From Marsupella aquatica (lineage: Eukaryota > Plantae > Marchantiophyta), in assembly GCA_973895155.1 (NCBI GenBank), contig OZ316893.1:16584645-16648644 (forward strand): a stretch of 64,000 nt of DNA, read 5' to 3'. Shown here piece after piece: positions 10,362-20,730 of the stretch (its first letter is position 1; every line of letters starts with the position of its first letter). The notes beneath the pieces are model-generated. The model saw nothing but the letters and a program-made list of their open reading frames with translations. It was not told the DNA's origin and made no database searches. The translations under genes were made by a program, and so were the position numbers.

Positions 10362-12851
10362 TTATGTGTGACTTCCCGTGACGGGGTACCCGTCACATAG
10401 CTCCTCTCTTAATTGCGAAGCGCCCCCGCGAGCACCATACTCTTCCTCCGTGTAGTACTTCTTTAGGCGCTCTTGATTGATCCGTGTGTTGAGTAGTTGC
10501 CCCTCCAATGTCTTGAGTTGAACCGAGCCGTTGGAGTAGACGGCATCCACTACGTAGGGTCCCATCCACCGTGTATGCAACTTCCCGGGGAAATGCATGA
10601 AGCGGCTATCGTAGAGGAGCACCAAATCTCCCTCCTCAATGGACACACGACGGAGACGGGAATCGTAATGTGACTTGCGTTTGCCTTGCTCCTGCTCCGT
10701 ATGTGTCAAAGCCTCTTCTCGTGTCTCCGTGAGTTGCTCCAACTGTTGGATCCGTGAAGTGACACTTTCTTCTGCCCCTTCCCTTTCCCGTGTTAGGATT
10801 CGAATGGTTGGAACCTCAAATTCCACCGGCACAAGAGAGTGTTGTCCAAACACAAGGAAATAGGGGCTGTGGCCCGTGGTAGTCTTGTGAGCCAGGTTGT
10901 AAGCGTAAGTGGCAGCCAACAACTTCAAATCCCAATCGGTCTTGTGAGCGGATACCGTTTTGTTGAGGATCTTGCCCATGATCCCGTTGGCTCTCTCAGT
11001 GAGCCCGTTGGCTCGAGGGTGGTACGGAGTGGTCTTCCTATGTGAGATCAAGTAGTTCTCCGTCAAACGTTCAATCGTATGATTGAGGAAGTGAGTACCC
11101 CTGTCACTTACCAACTCCAATGGTGGACCAAATCGTGTAAAAATCTGCTCATACAAAAAACGTGCCGTGGTGTTGGCATCATCCTTGGCAGTAGCTCGGG
11201 CCTCCACCCACTTGGTGGCATAGTCCGTTGCAAGAATGATGTAGCGCTTCCTCCCTCTTCGTGTGATGGGAGTGAAAGGGCCAATGAAGTCCACCCCCCA
11301 CTTCTCAAAGGGTGCAAGAGGAAGTATGGGCACCAATGGGTGTCGTGAGGAGGGCCCTGGTTTGCCTTGACGCTGGCACGGATCACATCGCTGGATGTAC
11401 CGGTGTACATCCCGAAAGAGAGTTGGCCACCAATATCCAGCATCTAGTATTTTCCTTGCGGTGGTCTCCCGTGCAAAGTGGCCACCAGCTTCCTCCTCAT
11501 GTAATGCTGCCATGACTGTACGTATCTCCGCTTCCTCCAAACAACGACGAAGTCGGCCATCCATGCCGTACTTGTGAAGTACTCCCTTCACAAGCAAGTA
11601 GGGACCTGTCTTACGCAAAAACACTGCTGCTCTCTCCGGGCCCAAACGTGAGGGAACTCTAGCCGTGCGGAGAAATTCCAAAATTTCTCCATACCAAGTA
11701 GTGGCCTCTGTATTCACGCTGAACACTTCCTCATCCGGGAACCGATCATCAATCTCCTGGGAGTCAGATGCTCCCTCAATACGGGAGAAGAAGTCTGCAT
11801 TGCTATGACTCTTCCCCGATCTTACTCTCACCTCATAGTTGAACTCTTGTAGCAACAAAACCCAACGTGCAATTCTCCCGGACAGATCTGGCTTGTTGAC
11901 CATGTATTTCAAGCTGTTGTGATCCGTGTGGAACACAACCTTGTACCCCAACAAATAATGACGATACTTCTTACAAGCGTAGATGATACCAAGTGCCTCC
12001 CTATCGGTGGGTGAGTAGTTTTTCTCTGCCGGGGCCAACTGCCTACTGGCAAAGTAGATGGGATGGTCTCTTCCATCATCATCTAACTGACTCAAAACGG
12101 CACCGATGCAAAATCCTGATACGTCTACGTAAACATGGAATTCCTTATTCCAATTGGGCGTAATGAGCACGGGGGCCTCTAGCAATCGTTTCTTCAATTC
12201 ATCAAAAGCAGCCTGACGGGAAGGAGTAGGTTCAAACTCACTTCCTTTTTTCAACATGGAAGTGAGTGGCATGGCTACCTTGGCAAAGTCTTTGATGAAG
12301 CGTCGGTAGTAGCCAACACACCCCAAGAACCCTCTCACTTCCTTCACATTCTTGGGAAATGAGACTGCTACCCACACGGCGACCTTCTCACGATCAACTT
12401 CAATCCCTCGTGCAGACACTTTGTGGCCCAATAGGATTCCCTCCTCAATTCCAAAGAAACATTTCTCCGGATGCAGCTTCAGGCAAGTCTCCCGGCACCG
12501 CTGAAAAGTCAACCGTAAGTGTTCCGGATGCTTGACTCGTTTGCCGTAGACAGCAAAGTCATCAATAAAGATCTCCAAGAACCTGCGTAAAAAGTCATGA
12601 AATATATTCATCATGAGCCGTTGGAACATGCCAGGGGCATTGCACAACCCAAAAGGCATTCTCCGGAATGCAAAAATCCCCCACTCTGTTGTGAAAGCCG
12701 TCTTGAGTTGGTCCTCCTCCCGTATCCAGATTTGGTTGTACCCAGAGTAGCCATCCAAGAAGCTGTATATCTCCCAACCTGCTACCATGTCCAACACGAT
12801 ATCCGTGAACGGTAGCGGGTAGTGATCCTTCTTGGTCGCATCATTCAACTT
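10362..12851 (-). CDS. pol: pol C-terminal part: RT, RNase H, integrase (in frame with upstream ORF across one TGA)
   Basis: DHYPLP, FLDGYSGYNQI, MPFGLCNAP, FIDD (RT); VDVS, TDHNSL, NADFFSR (RNase H); H..H..CDPC zinc finger, WGVDFIGP, SDRGTHF, NGLTER, WMGPY (integrase). Confidence 0.95.
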   Translation of the reverse strand, partial: KLNDATKKDHYPLPFTDIVLDMVAGWEIYSFLDGYSGYNQIWIREEDQLKTAFTTEWGIFAFRRMPFGLCNAPGMFQRLMMNIFHDFLRRFLEIFIDDFAVYGKRVKHPEHLRLTFQRCRETCLKLHPEKCFFGIEEGILLGHKVSARGIEVDREKVAVWVAVSFPKNVKEVRGFLGCVGYYRRFIKDFAKVAMPLTSMLKKGSEFEPTPSRQAAFDELKKRLLEAPVLITPNWNKEFHVYVDVSGFCIGAVLSQLDDDGRDHPIYFASRQLAPAEKNYSPTDREALGIIYACKKYRHYLLGYKVVFHTDHNSLKYMVNKPDLSGRIARWVLLLQEFNYEVRVRSGKSHSNADFFSRIEGASDSQEIDDRFPDEEVFSVNTEATTWYGEILEFLRTARVPSRLGPERAAVFLRKTGPYLLVKGVLHKYGMDGRLRRCLEEAEIRTVMAALHEEEAGGHFARETTARKILDAGYWWPTLFRDVHRYIQRCDPCQRQGKPGPSSRHPLVPILPLAPFEKWGVDFIGPFTPITRRGRKRYIILATDYATKWVEARATAKDDANTTARFLYEQIFTRFGPPLELVSDRGTHFLNHTIERLTENYLISHRKTTPYHPRANGLTERANGIMGKILNKTVSAHKTDWDLKLLAATYAYNLAHKTTTGHSPYFLVFGQHSLVPVEFEVPTIRILTREREGAEESVTSRIQQLEQLTETREEALTHTEQEQGKRKSHYDSRLRRVSIEEGDLVLLYDSRFMHFPGKLHTRWMGPYVVDAVYSNGSVQLKTLEGQLLNTRINQERLKKYYTEEEYGARGGASQLREELCDGYPVTGSHT
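10398..10410 (-). promoter_or_regulatory. Polypurine tract of element A
   Basis: Minus strand AAGAGAGGAGCTA immediately before TGTGAC of the 3' LTR. Confidence 0.85.
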
Positions 12852-15800
12852 TCAAAAATCTTGGCACACCCGTATTTTCACCTTCCCGTCTGGCCCCTTT
12901 TTCTTGGGCACGATTACGATGGGTGACACCCACTCACTATGCATGACCGGATAAATGAATCCTGCATCCAACAAACGGTCAATCTCCTCCTTCACCATGA
13001 GTGAGTATTTGGGGTTGAGGCGGTATTGGCGTTGCCTCACAGGTCGTGCTCCTGACATCAGGTCAATGCTGTGCTCACCAAACTCAGGTGGCACTCCTTT
13101 CAAATCTTGGTGGCTCCACGCAAATACGTCTTGGTACTCTTTCAACAATTCCTGAATCGTGCGTTGCTCCGTAGCATCCAACTTACTACCAATGTTGAGT
13201 GTCTTGCCCTCACCCACTTCCACCTTTGTGTACTGCTCCGGCCTGATCACGTCCAACTTGTTGCGTGTCTCCTCATCAAAGGTTTCTTCCAACCGTGCGA
13301 GCCTCATCCCTCCATACACCGGTGCATCACTCTCCTCCTGGTCTGGTCGGGATGGAGGTGGATCCTTTGTCACATGGGCCATTATTTCTTCAACGTCAGA
13401 TTCTTTGTAATGTGACAATAGCTCCTCTCTAAAGTCATCATCCAGGATGTCATTCAAAAACTGCTCTCTTTGCTCATCATCAAACATGATCGTGTGGGCT
13501 TGCATTTCCACCTCCTCGGGGTGATCCTCTGCCTCCCTATCATGAATCTCTAGAGGTTCAGCCTCCACAATTTTGCTTCGCTCGTCTTCCATCTCTTCTA
13601 GAACAGCGTGCACTTGGCTAACTGATTCCTCTACTGCATGCTCTTGAGTAGCAACTCCGGGGCCAAAAACATCTTCCTCCGTGAGGTGAGAAATCAGTTT
13701 CACCATGTATACTTCATCCTCGTCTTCATCTGAGGTGACCTCTGAATCATATTCCTCCTCCATAGTCGTAGTCTCCCCGTGAGGTGACTCCGCTGACCAT
13801 GGAATAGTGATAGTGGGGATACCAAACCGAAACTGCCGTTTGCCCCAATCACTTGTGACCTTGGCCACATACAACCATGGCCTGCCAATTAAAATGGGAA
13901 AACCGTACGGCCGAACGGGTCGCATCACCAAATAGTTGAGGGGGAAAGATTTTCCCCCAATCATTGTTGGAATCTTGGTGAGACACCCCAACGGCACCAC
14001 CCGTGCACCATCAGCCAACCTCATGGCACGTGCCGGTGGTTCTAACTCTGTATACCCCAACCGGTTTGCCGTCTCCTCAGTCATGATGTTGACTCCCGAG
14101 CCCCCGTCCACCGGTACAAACCGTATTGCACATCCATTGATGTCCACCGTGAGTTCTGGGGCACCCAAATCCTCCGTGACCCAGTTGACTTGTATGGGGT
14201 CAGCCCCAACTTTGGGTAACCTTCTTCTACGTCTCCTCCTCATGAGAATCTCCTTGACTTGGCGACGGTATAGGGAGCTATCCCGTAATAGTTGACCAAT
14301 TGTGGCACTGACTGGGCAATCCAGAATGTCTTGAGCAATGTTGTACGCGGTTGCAGGAGGTATGGGTGGGATGACCTCTTCTCCCGGTTTCCAACGAACA
14401 ACCCTCTCCTCCGCTTTCTTTCTGGCCTTTGCCTCCTCCATGTCTTTGTCAATGGCCGCTTGCATGGCTTGTGCTTCTAGCTCCTCCAACTGCTTACGTA
14501 CCTCTTCTCCCACCTTCGGATAGAACAACTTGGGGTTGTCCCGATCAAAGTCACTATCCTCCATAGGTGGCACCTCCGGTTCGTGTGAGGTACCCGATGT
14601 GGAAGCTTGATGCACCTCCTTGTACTTCTGCTTGAGCTCGGACTTGCCCTTCTTTTTGCCGGATCGAGTGGAGACTCGGTAACAAGAGTAATGCCTTCTC
14701 TCCTCGTCGCTGTCTTCCTCCGGTAGATTCTCAGCATGAGTCCACTCATGACTTGGGGGTGAGGGGTTAGCAACTTCAACTTCCGTAGATGTTGCAACAA
14801 CAACCACCGGTATCTCAACAACTGGAGATACTACAACGACTAGCGGTACCACCTCCTCCGTTATGGTGGTCATCCTTTGCTTGGGAATGTTCACTACGGT
14901 TTCTTCTCTTCTAGTGATTAGAGGGGTGTCGACTGCTTCCGTGGTGAGAAAGTTGACGCTAGCTTCTTTCAGAGGAGGTGGCGGCCCCTTCTTCTCTTGT
15001 GCCCCAATCGGTTGAGCCTTGAACGCCTCCAAGGTTGGGCAGTGTGGTGCAAGATGACCCTCCCCCTTGCATAGTTGACACAGCCGGGCAAAATCTCCAT
15101 TGCCTTGACGGGTGGGCTCTGGGCACACATTAGCGTAGTGGCCCGCCACTCTACAATTGTAACAAATAGGGATCTTCCTCACTCCAGGGTACGGTGGTCG
15201 ATTCCCTGGGTTAGCGTTGGGATAGTTGGAGTATGCGGGTGCTCCGGCGTTTGTTGAAACTCCATGAATGCTCCGTGGTCCCGGGTTGAGAGGTTGTACA
15301 CTATACACGTTGGCCTCTGGTGGCTCCTCCATGAAGTACTCTATTGGCCCTTCCGCTGCATATGAAGGATTTGAGTAGCTTGCCCCCTCAACATCCTCCT
15401 CCCGTACTTGGAAAACCTTGGCTGGTTCTCCCGCTGGGCACTCCTTCGGGGCATGACCAAACTTCATGCACTTGGTGCACCACACATTGGCTCTCTCCAC
15501 CGGAACTTTTCTCCTCTCAGGTTTGAGTCCGGCAAAATGTACTTTCAACGCTTTCATTTGCTCCGTCAGCTCATCATATCTGGCCTCTTGCTCCTTCAGG
15601 CGTCTTGCCGTAGACAATGGTGTAACGGCCACCGTGGGTAGTATCACTTCACGGTGAGAGGACTTCTTGACTTTCTTTGACAACTTCTTCTTCTTCCTCC
15701 TTCGTCTTTCAGCTTCTGACTCCGTAGTGTCTGACTCTGTAGTACTCTCAGAATCCTCAGATTCATCACTACTATCTGAATCAGATCCACTCGACTCCTC

Positions 15801-16760
15801 ACTGGAGGAACTGTCAACCGGCTTCAGCTTCTTTCTTCGGCAACGCTTGCTTGTGGCATCAGCTGCGGTGTATGACTCCGCTGCTGCAATAGCTTCAGCC
15901 AATGTGGTTGGCTTGGCTTGACGTACAAAGAACCCCATCTTGCTTGGTAGGGCAGCCACAAACCAGGCTTGACGCATAGCATCATCGGTACGGGCTTGGA
16001 TCCGACGTACCAGCTTTTGGAACCTTTGCAAAAACCTCCGTAATGACTCCTTCTTCTTCATCCTGAGTTGGCCCACCTTTAATAGTGAGGTGGCCTCCAC
16101 TCCTATGGATCTGAACTCCTTCAAGAAGGCTTGCTTGAACAGAGCCCAATCAGCTTTCACGTTGGCCAACAACGAAATGAACCATGGACCTGCCTCCCCT
16201 CTCATCATTCCAGGAATGATAGTGAGCTTATGTGCAGACTCCCCATTAGCTTCGGCAATCCCTTCAAACTCCTCAATCCATTCGTCTGGATCATCCTTTG
16301 GTCTCCCCTTGAAGGGTACGTACTGAACACGGGTACGTTGTGCAGCTGCCATCGGTGCAGCCGGTGCCTGTATCAACACAGGTGGTAATGGCGCTTGTTG
16401 GGCCACCGGTAACAGCACCGATGATAGGTGTGAGATGATTTGTGGCAATGCAGTGAGCTCTGGGATCAGATTTTGTAACTCAGACTGCACCAACACAAAG
16501 GGCTCTCCTTCTTCTCGCTCGTGATCTATGTCTGGCTCTTCGTCTGGGCATATGGCCTCATTACGTTGAGCCTCTTCCTGTTGCACACCAACTTGTTCTT
16601 CCAGCACCAGTGGCAACCTCCTCTCTTCTGCAAGCCGTAAGCGTTCTTCGGCAGCAACTCGTCGTCTGGTCCCAATCCAAGAGGGCCCCCCTTCTAGCTC
16701 TGATCTTGGGGTACGTGTGTGTTGGGGACTTCCTCTACCTCCCCTTCTCCCTCTCGGCAT
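12852..16760 (-). CDS. gag-pol: gag-protease-RT N-terminal part of the polyprotein
   Basis: Retrotransposon gag region (DDPDEWIEEF); three CCHC knuckles (CTKCMKFGHAPKEC, CYNCRVAGHYANVC, CQLCKGEGHLAPHC); protease VDGGSGVN and ILIGRPWL; RT start WVSPIVIVPKK..VCQDF. Confidence 0.95.
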   Translation of the reverse strand: MPRGRRGGRGSPQHTRTPRSELEGGPSWIGTRRRVAAEERLRLAEERRLPLVLEEQVGVQQEEAQRNEAICPDEEPDIDHEREEGEPFVLVQSELQNLIPELTALPQIISHLSSVLLPVAQQAPLPPVLIQAPAAPMAAAQRTRVQYVPFKGRPKDDPDEWIEEFEGIAEANGESAHKLTIIPGMMRGEAGPWFISLLANVKADWALFKQAFLKEFRSIGVEATSLLKVGQLRMKKKESLRRFLQRFQKLVRRIQARTDDAMRQAWFVAALPSKMGFFVRQAKPTTLAEAIAAAESYTAADATSKRCRRKKLKPVDSSSSEESSGSDSDSSDESEDSESTTESDTTESEAERRRRKKKKLSKKVKKSSHREVILPTVAVTPLSTARRLKEQEARYDELTEQMKALKVHFAGLKPERRKVPVERANVWCTKCMKFGHAPKECPAGEPAKVFQVREEDVEGASYSNPSYAAEGPIEYFMEEPPEANVYSVQPLNPGPRSIHGVSTNAGAPAYSNYPNANPGNRPPYPGVRKIPICYNCRVAGHYANVCPEPTRQGNGDFARLCQLCKGEGHLAPHCPTLEAFKAQPIGAQEKKGPPPPLKEASVNFLTTEAVDTPLITRREETVVNIPKQRMTTITEEVVPLVVVVSPVVEIPVVVVATSTEVEVANPSPPSHEWTHAENLPEEDSDEERRHYSCYRVSTRSGKKKGKSELKQKYKEVHQASTSGTSHEPEVPPMEDSDFDRDNPKLFYPKVGEEVRKQLEELEAQAMQAAIDKDMEEAKARKKAEERVVRWKPGEEVIPPIPPATAYNIAQDILDCPVSATIGQLLRDSSLYRRQVKEILMRRRRRRRLPKVGADPIQVNWVTEDLGAPELTVDINGCAIRFVPVDGGSGVNIMTEETANRLGYTELEPPARAMRLADGARVVPLGCLTKIPTMIGGKSFPLNYLVMRPVRPYGFPILIGRPWLYVAKVTSDWGKRQFRFGIPTITIPWSAESPHGETTTMEEEYDSEVTSDEDEDEVYMVKLISHLTEEDVFGPGVATQEHAVEESVSQVHAVLEEMEDERSKIVEAEPLEIHDREAEDHPEEVEMQAHTIMFDDEQREQFLNDILDDDFREELLSHYKESDVEEIMAHVTKDPPPSRPDQEESDAPVYGGMRLARLEETFDEETRNKLDVIRPEQYTKVEVGEGKTLNIGSKLDATEQRTIQELLKEYQDVFAWSHQDLKGVPPEFGEHSIDLMSGARPVRQRQYRLNPKYSLMVKEEIDRLLDAGFIYPVMHSEWVSPIVIVPKKKGPDGKVKIRVCQDF

Positions 16761-16977
16761 CCCATTGAGACCTGCATTCCAAACTTACACCAATGTCTCA
16801 GAAAGCAATATTTGTAAACATCAACCGTCGCACGATGCGTTGTGGTTGACGTACAATAACAAAGTAACCAACAAACTTCTCACGTATCAACCGTCGCAAG
16901 TTGCGTTGTGGTTGATAGGTTTGAACTCCCAATAGACGTAGCTCCCCTCCTTCGTGTCGTCAAACAAGAAGAAGGAT

Positions 16978-16995
16978 TCCCCGGCAGCGGCGCCA
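16978..16995 (-). promoter_or_regulatory. Primer binding site of element A (tRNA-Asp type)
   Basis: TGGCGCCGCTGCCGGGGA, one mismatch to the Athila-type tRNA-Asp PBS TGGCGCCGTTGCCGGGGA; 20 nt from the LTR end. Confidence 0.85.
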
Positions 16996-18126
16996 AAAAC
17001 AAAAGACCACACTTATGTCACTTGCCTCTCCAACGGTTAATACGTGCAAACCGCACTTTTCTTCACTTAAACCGTTGGTATCGTATTACGGGGTCGTGGA
17101 GGGACGCTATTTGGATTCTTTTCACACCAGGATGAGTATTTTGGTTTCCGCTCCCGGAAATGTAGGTTTTGATCAAGTCTACCGACTACCCTCACCCCAC
17201 AGCTTTTGATCAAGTCCTGCCGACTACCCCACTACACCTTCACTCGGAGTCACCCAAAGAGTGCTGTCACCACCCCTACTCACAAGGCCGACTCAAACCA
17301 AGCAAGTTTCTTCAAATCATAGAACGGGAGAACACAATTCGGAAAGCGAAAAAGGGAGAAGGAACACACAACAAAAGCCCATCAAGTCAAATGTACAGAT
17401 CCATATCTCTTGGGAAAAACGATACACATTGCATGAGTAACCCGGCCTCCTGCCGTCTACTCAACTCCTGCCTCTCCGGACAATGAGTATGGCTCCCCCT
17501 CACTACTCTGAACACGCTTTCAAACTCCTCAGGCTCCACTCTATCCCTCCTTGCTAACTTCACACTGAGTCCCCCTAACTACTTCGGGGCTATCCCCCTA
17601 AATACTGAAAAATCACACCAAAGCACCCCTCACAGGGTCACAACGGTGGCGGCTACCCTAGCGGCGCCGCTAAAACCTTGCACTAAGAGAAATCCTTAAA
17701 CTGAAGAGGAGCATGCGGCACACACATGCTGCTAAAACCCTAAACCCAAAACAAGGGGGCCGACGGTGCCTTCGACGGCGCCCCAACAGTACACGTGAAC
17801 CCTGAAAGTGAGAGGCACCCCAAAATGGCCGAAACTAGGTGCCCTTCCAAGTGCACACCTGAGCTCACCCCTGGATAGCTCTTCTTTTCCTGCTTCCGAA
17901 TCACTAAGTCGCTCCCTCAACGGACTTCAGACGCCTGAGTTATGGCCGTTTCCGTACCGCAAAAACATAAGTTCTCCAGGCCATAACTTGCTCATCCTGG
18001 CTCCGTTTGAGGAGCGCCGCCTCTTGTTGGAATCAGCTCCGCGAGCTCATCCCAACAAGCCCATGAGTGACCCCCCACTAAAATGTTGGAAATCTGGAGG
18101 CCGTACACCCACGTCCGTACGCCTAT

Positions 18127-19983
18127 CTAATCCTCCTCTTCTTCTTCGCTCTCGGTGCCCGGACTTGTGCCCCGTGAGTGGTCCTCCTCCTCATCACTCA
18201 CGGGAGTGAGTGCCACCGTACTTTTCTTCTTCTTCGACGGAGTACTCTTAGTGCTGCTGCTCCCGCGCTTCCTCAAAGTAGCCAAGGCCTGCCACGCCTT
18301 GATGTACCCCTCACCAATTGTGTCCTTCCAGAGGGTAGCCTCTTCTCCGGACCGCAACTCCAACGGTAGAACTTGCCCCGTGGCCATGGGAGTCCCGGGG
18401 GTGACAGACCTGGGTGGCATCCCCGTACTGACCTGAGCCTCCCGTAACGATTTCCGTACCTCCCGGAGCTTCTTCTCCAAGCTCTTACTCTTCTCCTGAC
18501 TCTTCTTGGCTCCATCCAACAAGGGTCCATACTTCCCACTAACCTCCTTCACCACCATCTCGATAGCTTGGGAGATCACATCCGGGGAAAGTGTGGAGCC
18601 AGGTGTGCCGGGACTCTTCCGTTTCCCTAGACTCAGGGCCTCACTTCTCTTCGCTCGTGTCTCAAAGGCTGCCACCTGACTCCGTAGTGCTCCCACCTGG
18701 TTCCTCCACTCCATCACTTCTCCAGAATTTTGCTTCTCTTTGGCCAATGCTTGCCTCAACGCTCCTACTTCTTCTGCTTCCTTGGCCTTGGTGGACAAAG
18801 CTCCCTTCAAGTTGGTGATCTCTACGTGAGCTGCATTGATGTGCCTGACCTTCTCATGAATGGTCTGCTCCTTGGTCTTGATCACCTCCTTCAGTGACAG
18901 GATGCTCTGCTCTAACGTCTCTACTTTGACTGTGGCGTGCTTGAGAGACTCCCTCAATGCGTGGACTAGCTTGAGTCCCTCGTGGACTCCCTCTCTGAAA
19001 TCCCGTAGCTCTGCCAAGTAAACATCCGGAATGTTGTATTCCAGAGGCTGTTTCGGATCTCCCACGAGTGATTCAAGCCACTCCAATGTGCAATCATCCT
19101 CCTGGTTCTCTTCTTCTCTATTATCCTCCCCACCAGCAGACAATGATTCCTCCGTGAGCTTCCCTAAAACGGTAGTGGCAATACTCCGGATCTCCGTGGT
19201 GAGAGATGATCCCGTGTCTTCATGCCCCGGAGAACCAATCAACCCTTCTGCCCTGGCCAATACAAATGACCCCATCAAATGTACAGCCCCACCTGGTTTC
19301 ACACTCCCGGGCTCAGCGGCCAATAGCTTCTTCAATCCGTAGCACCACCATCCGTACACATGGGCTGGGTAGTTCTTGATGTCCATAGCTACCACGAAAT
19401 GCTCCTCATTCAGCACTCCGGATTGCACGTTGCCAAGAACCCGTTGATGCACCTTGGCCAGGAAGCCCTTATACTCAACATCCTTGACAGCAGAAAGAGG
19501 GATGGCGGTGGTGGAGGTAGGATTGGTCACCCAAGTGGCCACCATTTTCAACGTGAGTTCTCCCCTGATATTCCGAGGTGTGAATGAGAATTTCTGATTC
19601 TCAAGAAACAATAGCTTAGCCAACTCCACATGGGGCACTACACGTTTGAGACATTCAAAGTAGATTCCCTCCGTTCGGAACTCCATCCCGGCCTCAATGT
19701 CCCAGCTCTTCCCTGAAGGGATGGTAATCTCCACCTTCATGAATTCTGTAAGCCCGGTGGCTTGGAAAATGTTCCGACAATCCTCCATCACCTTGGTGGA
19801 GGTCTTGGGATAAATTCGACGAAAAATCTTCCTACCCACCGGTGAGGAACCCGCTGCCAATCCCGTGCTCATCATAACTTCTCTCTCTTCCCTTTCCCGT
19901 GTAATCCGAGTCTCCACGTAGTCACGGTAAGCAGCCTTGTATCTCCGAATGCGTGACGCACTAAACTCTGGTTGATCTAGCAT
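18127..19983 (-). CDS. 618-aa LTR-embedded protein, copy in 5' LTR
   Basis: Same as 7382-9238 except GKWKS/GKRKS and LAALR/LATLR. Confidence 0.85.
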   Translation of the reverse strand: MLDQPEFSASRIRRYKAAYRDYVETRITREREEREVMMSTGLAAGSSPVGRKIFRRIYPKTSTKVMEDCRNIFQATGLTEFMKVEITIPSGKSWDIEAGMEFRTEGIYFECLKRVVPHVELAKLLFLENQKFSFTPRNIRGELTLKMVATWVTNPTSTTAIPLSAVKDVEYKGFLAKVHQRVLGNVQSGVLNEEHFVVAMDIKNYPAHVYGWWCYGLKKLLAAEPGSVKPGGAVHLMGSFVLARAEGLIGSPGHEDTGSSLTTEIRSIATTVLGKLTEESLSAGGEDNREEENQEDDCTLEWLESLVGDPKQPLEYNIPDVYLAELRDFREGVHEGLKLVHALRESLKHATVKVETLEQSILSLKEVIKTKEQTIHEKVRHINAAHVEITNLKGALSTKAKEAEEVGALRQALAKEKQNSGEVMEWRNQVGALRSQVAAFETRAKRSEALSLGKRKSPGTPGSTLSPDVISQAIEMVVKEVSGKYGPLLDGAKKSQEKSKSLEKKLREVRKSLREAQVSTGMPPRSVTPGTPMATGQVLPLELRSGEEATLWKDTIGEGYIKAWQALATLRKRGSSSTKSTPSKKKKSTVALTPVSDEEEDHSRGTSPGTESEEEEED

Positions 19984-20395
19984 CCATGCATCCCGAAATC
20001 AATTTCTCAATCACCAATCCCGTCACCCGTGGCAATGTCAATTCCCTGGCCCGAAACAGCCCCCGTAGCCCGATCACTTAAATTCTCTCAATTTCCCGTC
20101 ACTACTCCGTGCGGCCGCCACTAATGCCTGGAAGAATGACGCCAGCAAGCCCCACTAATCCACCATGAAAGAGAGAGCTTCAAAAATAATTAGAATCTGG
20201 AGAGAGCTTCCGGCAAGAGAGAGAAGAACCCCGTTTTTGCTTTCGGCAATGAGAGGGTCGTGCAAAAGGAAGAGGGAAAGAAAAAGGAAGGAAAAAAAAT
20301 AGAACCGAAAAAACTCCTGGCGCCTTCGCCATGCGCCCCGGCCCATTTCTCGGGCCTTACCCTTGCGTCCTCCTGCGCGCGGCCCTATGCAGGGC

Positions 20396-20730
20396 GCGCG
20401 GCCATTCCTCCCGGCTCGCGGGAGGCCCTTCAACTCCCCCCCGCTCGCGTGATCCTCCCAGCTCGCGGGAGGCCCTTTAACTCCCCCCCGCTCGCGTGAT
20501 CCTCCCAGCTCGCGGGAGGCCCTTTAACTCCCCCCCGCTCGCGTGATCCTCCCAGCTCGCGGGAGGCCCTTTAACTCCCCCCCCCCCGCTCGCTTGCGCT
20601 CCTTCAGCTCGCGGAGCCTCATTAATTGCCCGGGCACGCAGCCCTATGGGCTCGCGAGGCAGCCCCTTCAGCTCGCGGAGCCCCATTAATCGCCCGGGCA
20701 CGCAGCCCTATGGGCTCGCGAGGCAGCCCC
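20396..20730. repeat. GC-rich minisatellite in 5' LTR: 47-bp unit x3 plus 64-bp unit x2
   Basis: 47-bp units start at 20443, 20490 and 20537. Confidence 0.9.

Larger units (their letters stand above)
6271..10397 (-). repeat. 3' LTR of element A (4127 bp)
   Basis: Near-identical to 17016-21093; begins tgtcac and ends gtcaca on the + strand; adjacent to the PPT. Confidence 0.97.

Noticed and set aside
12848-12854. Programmed gag/pol frameshift or readthrough boundary
   Set aside because: The frames are identical and the stop falls inside RT at a conserved Arg, not at the gag-pol junction.
14085-14115. Protease active site DGG instead of D(S/T)G as a novelty
   Set aside because: DGGS variants are common in non-chromovirus plant gypsy proteases.
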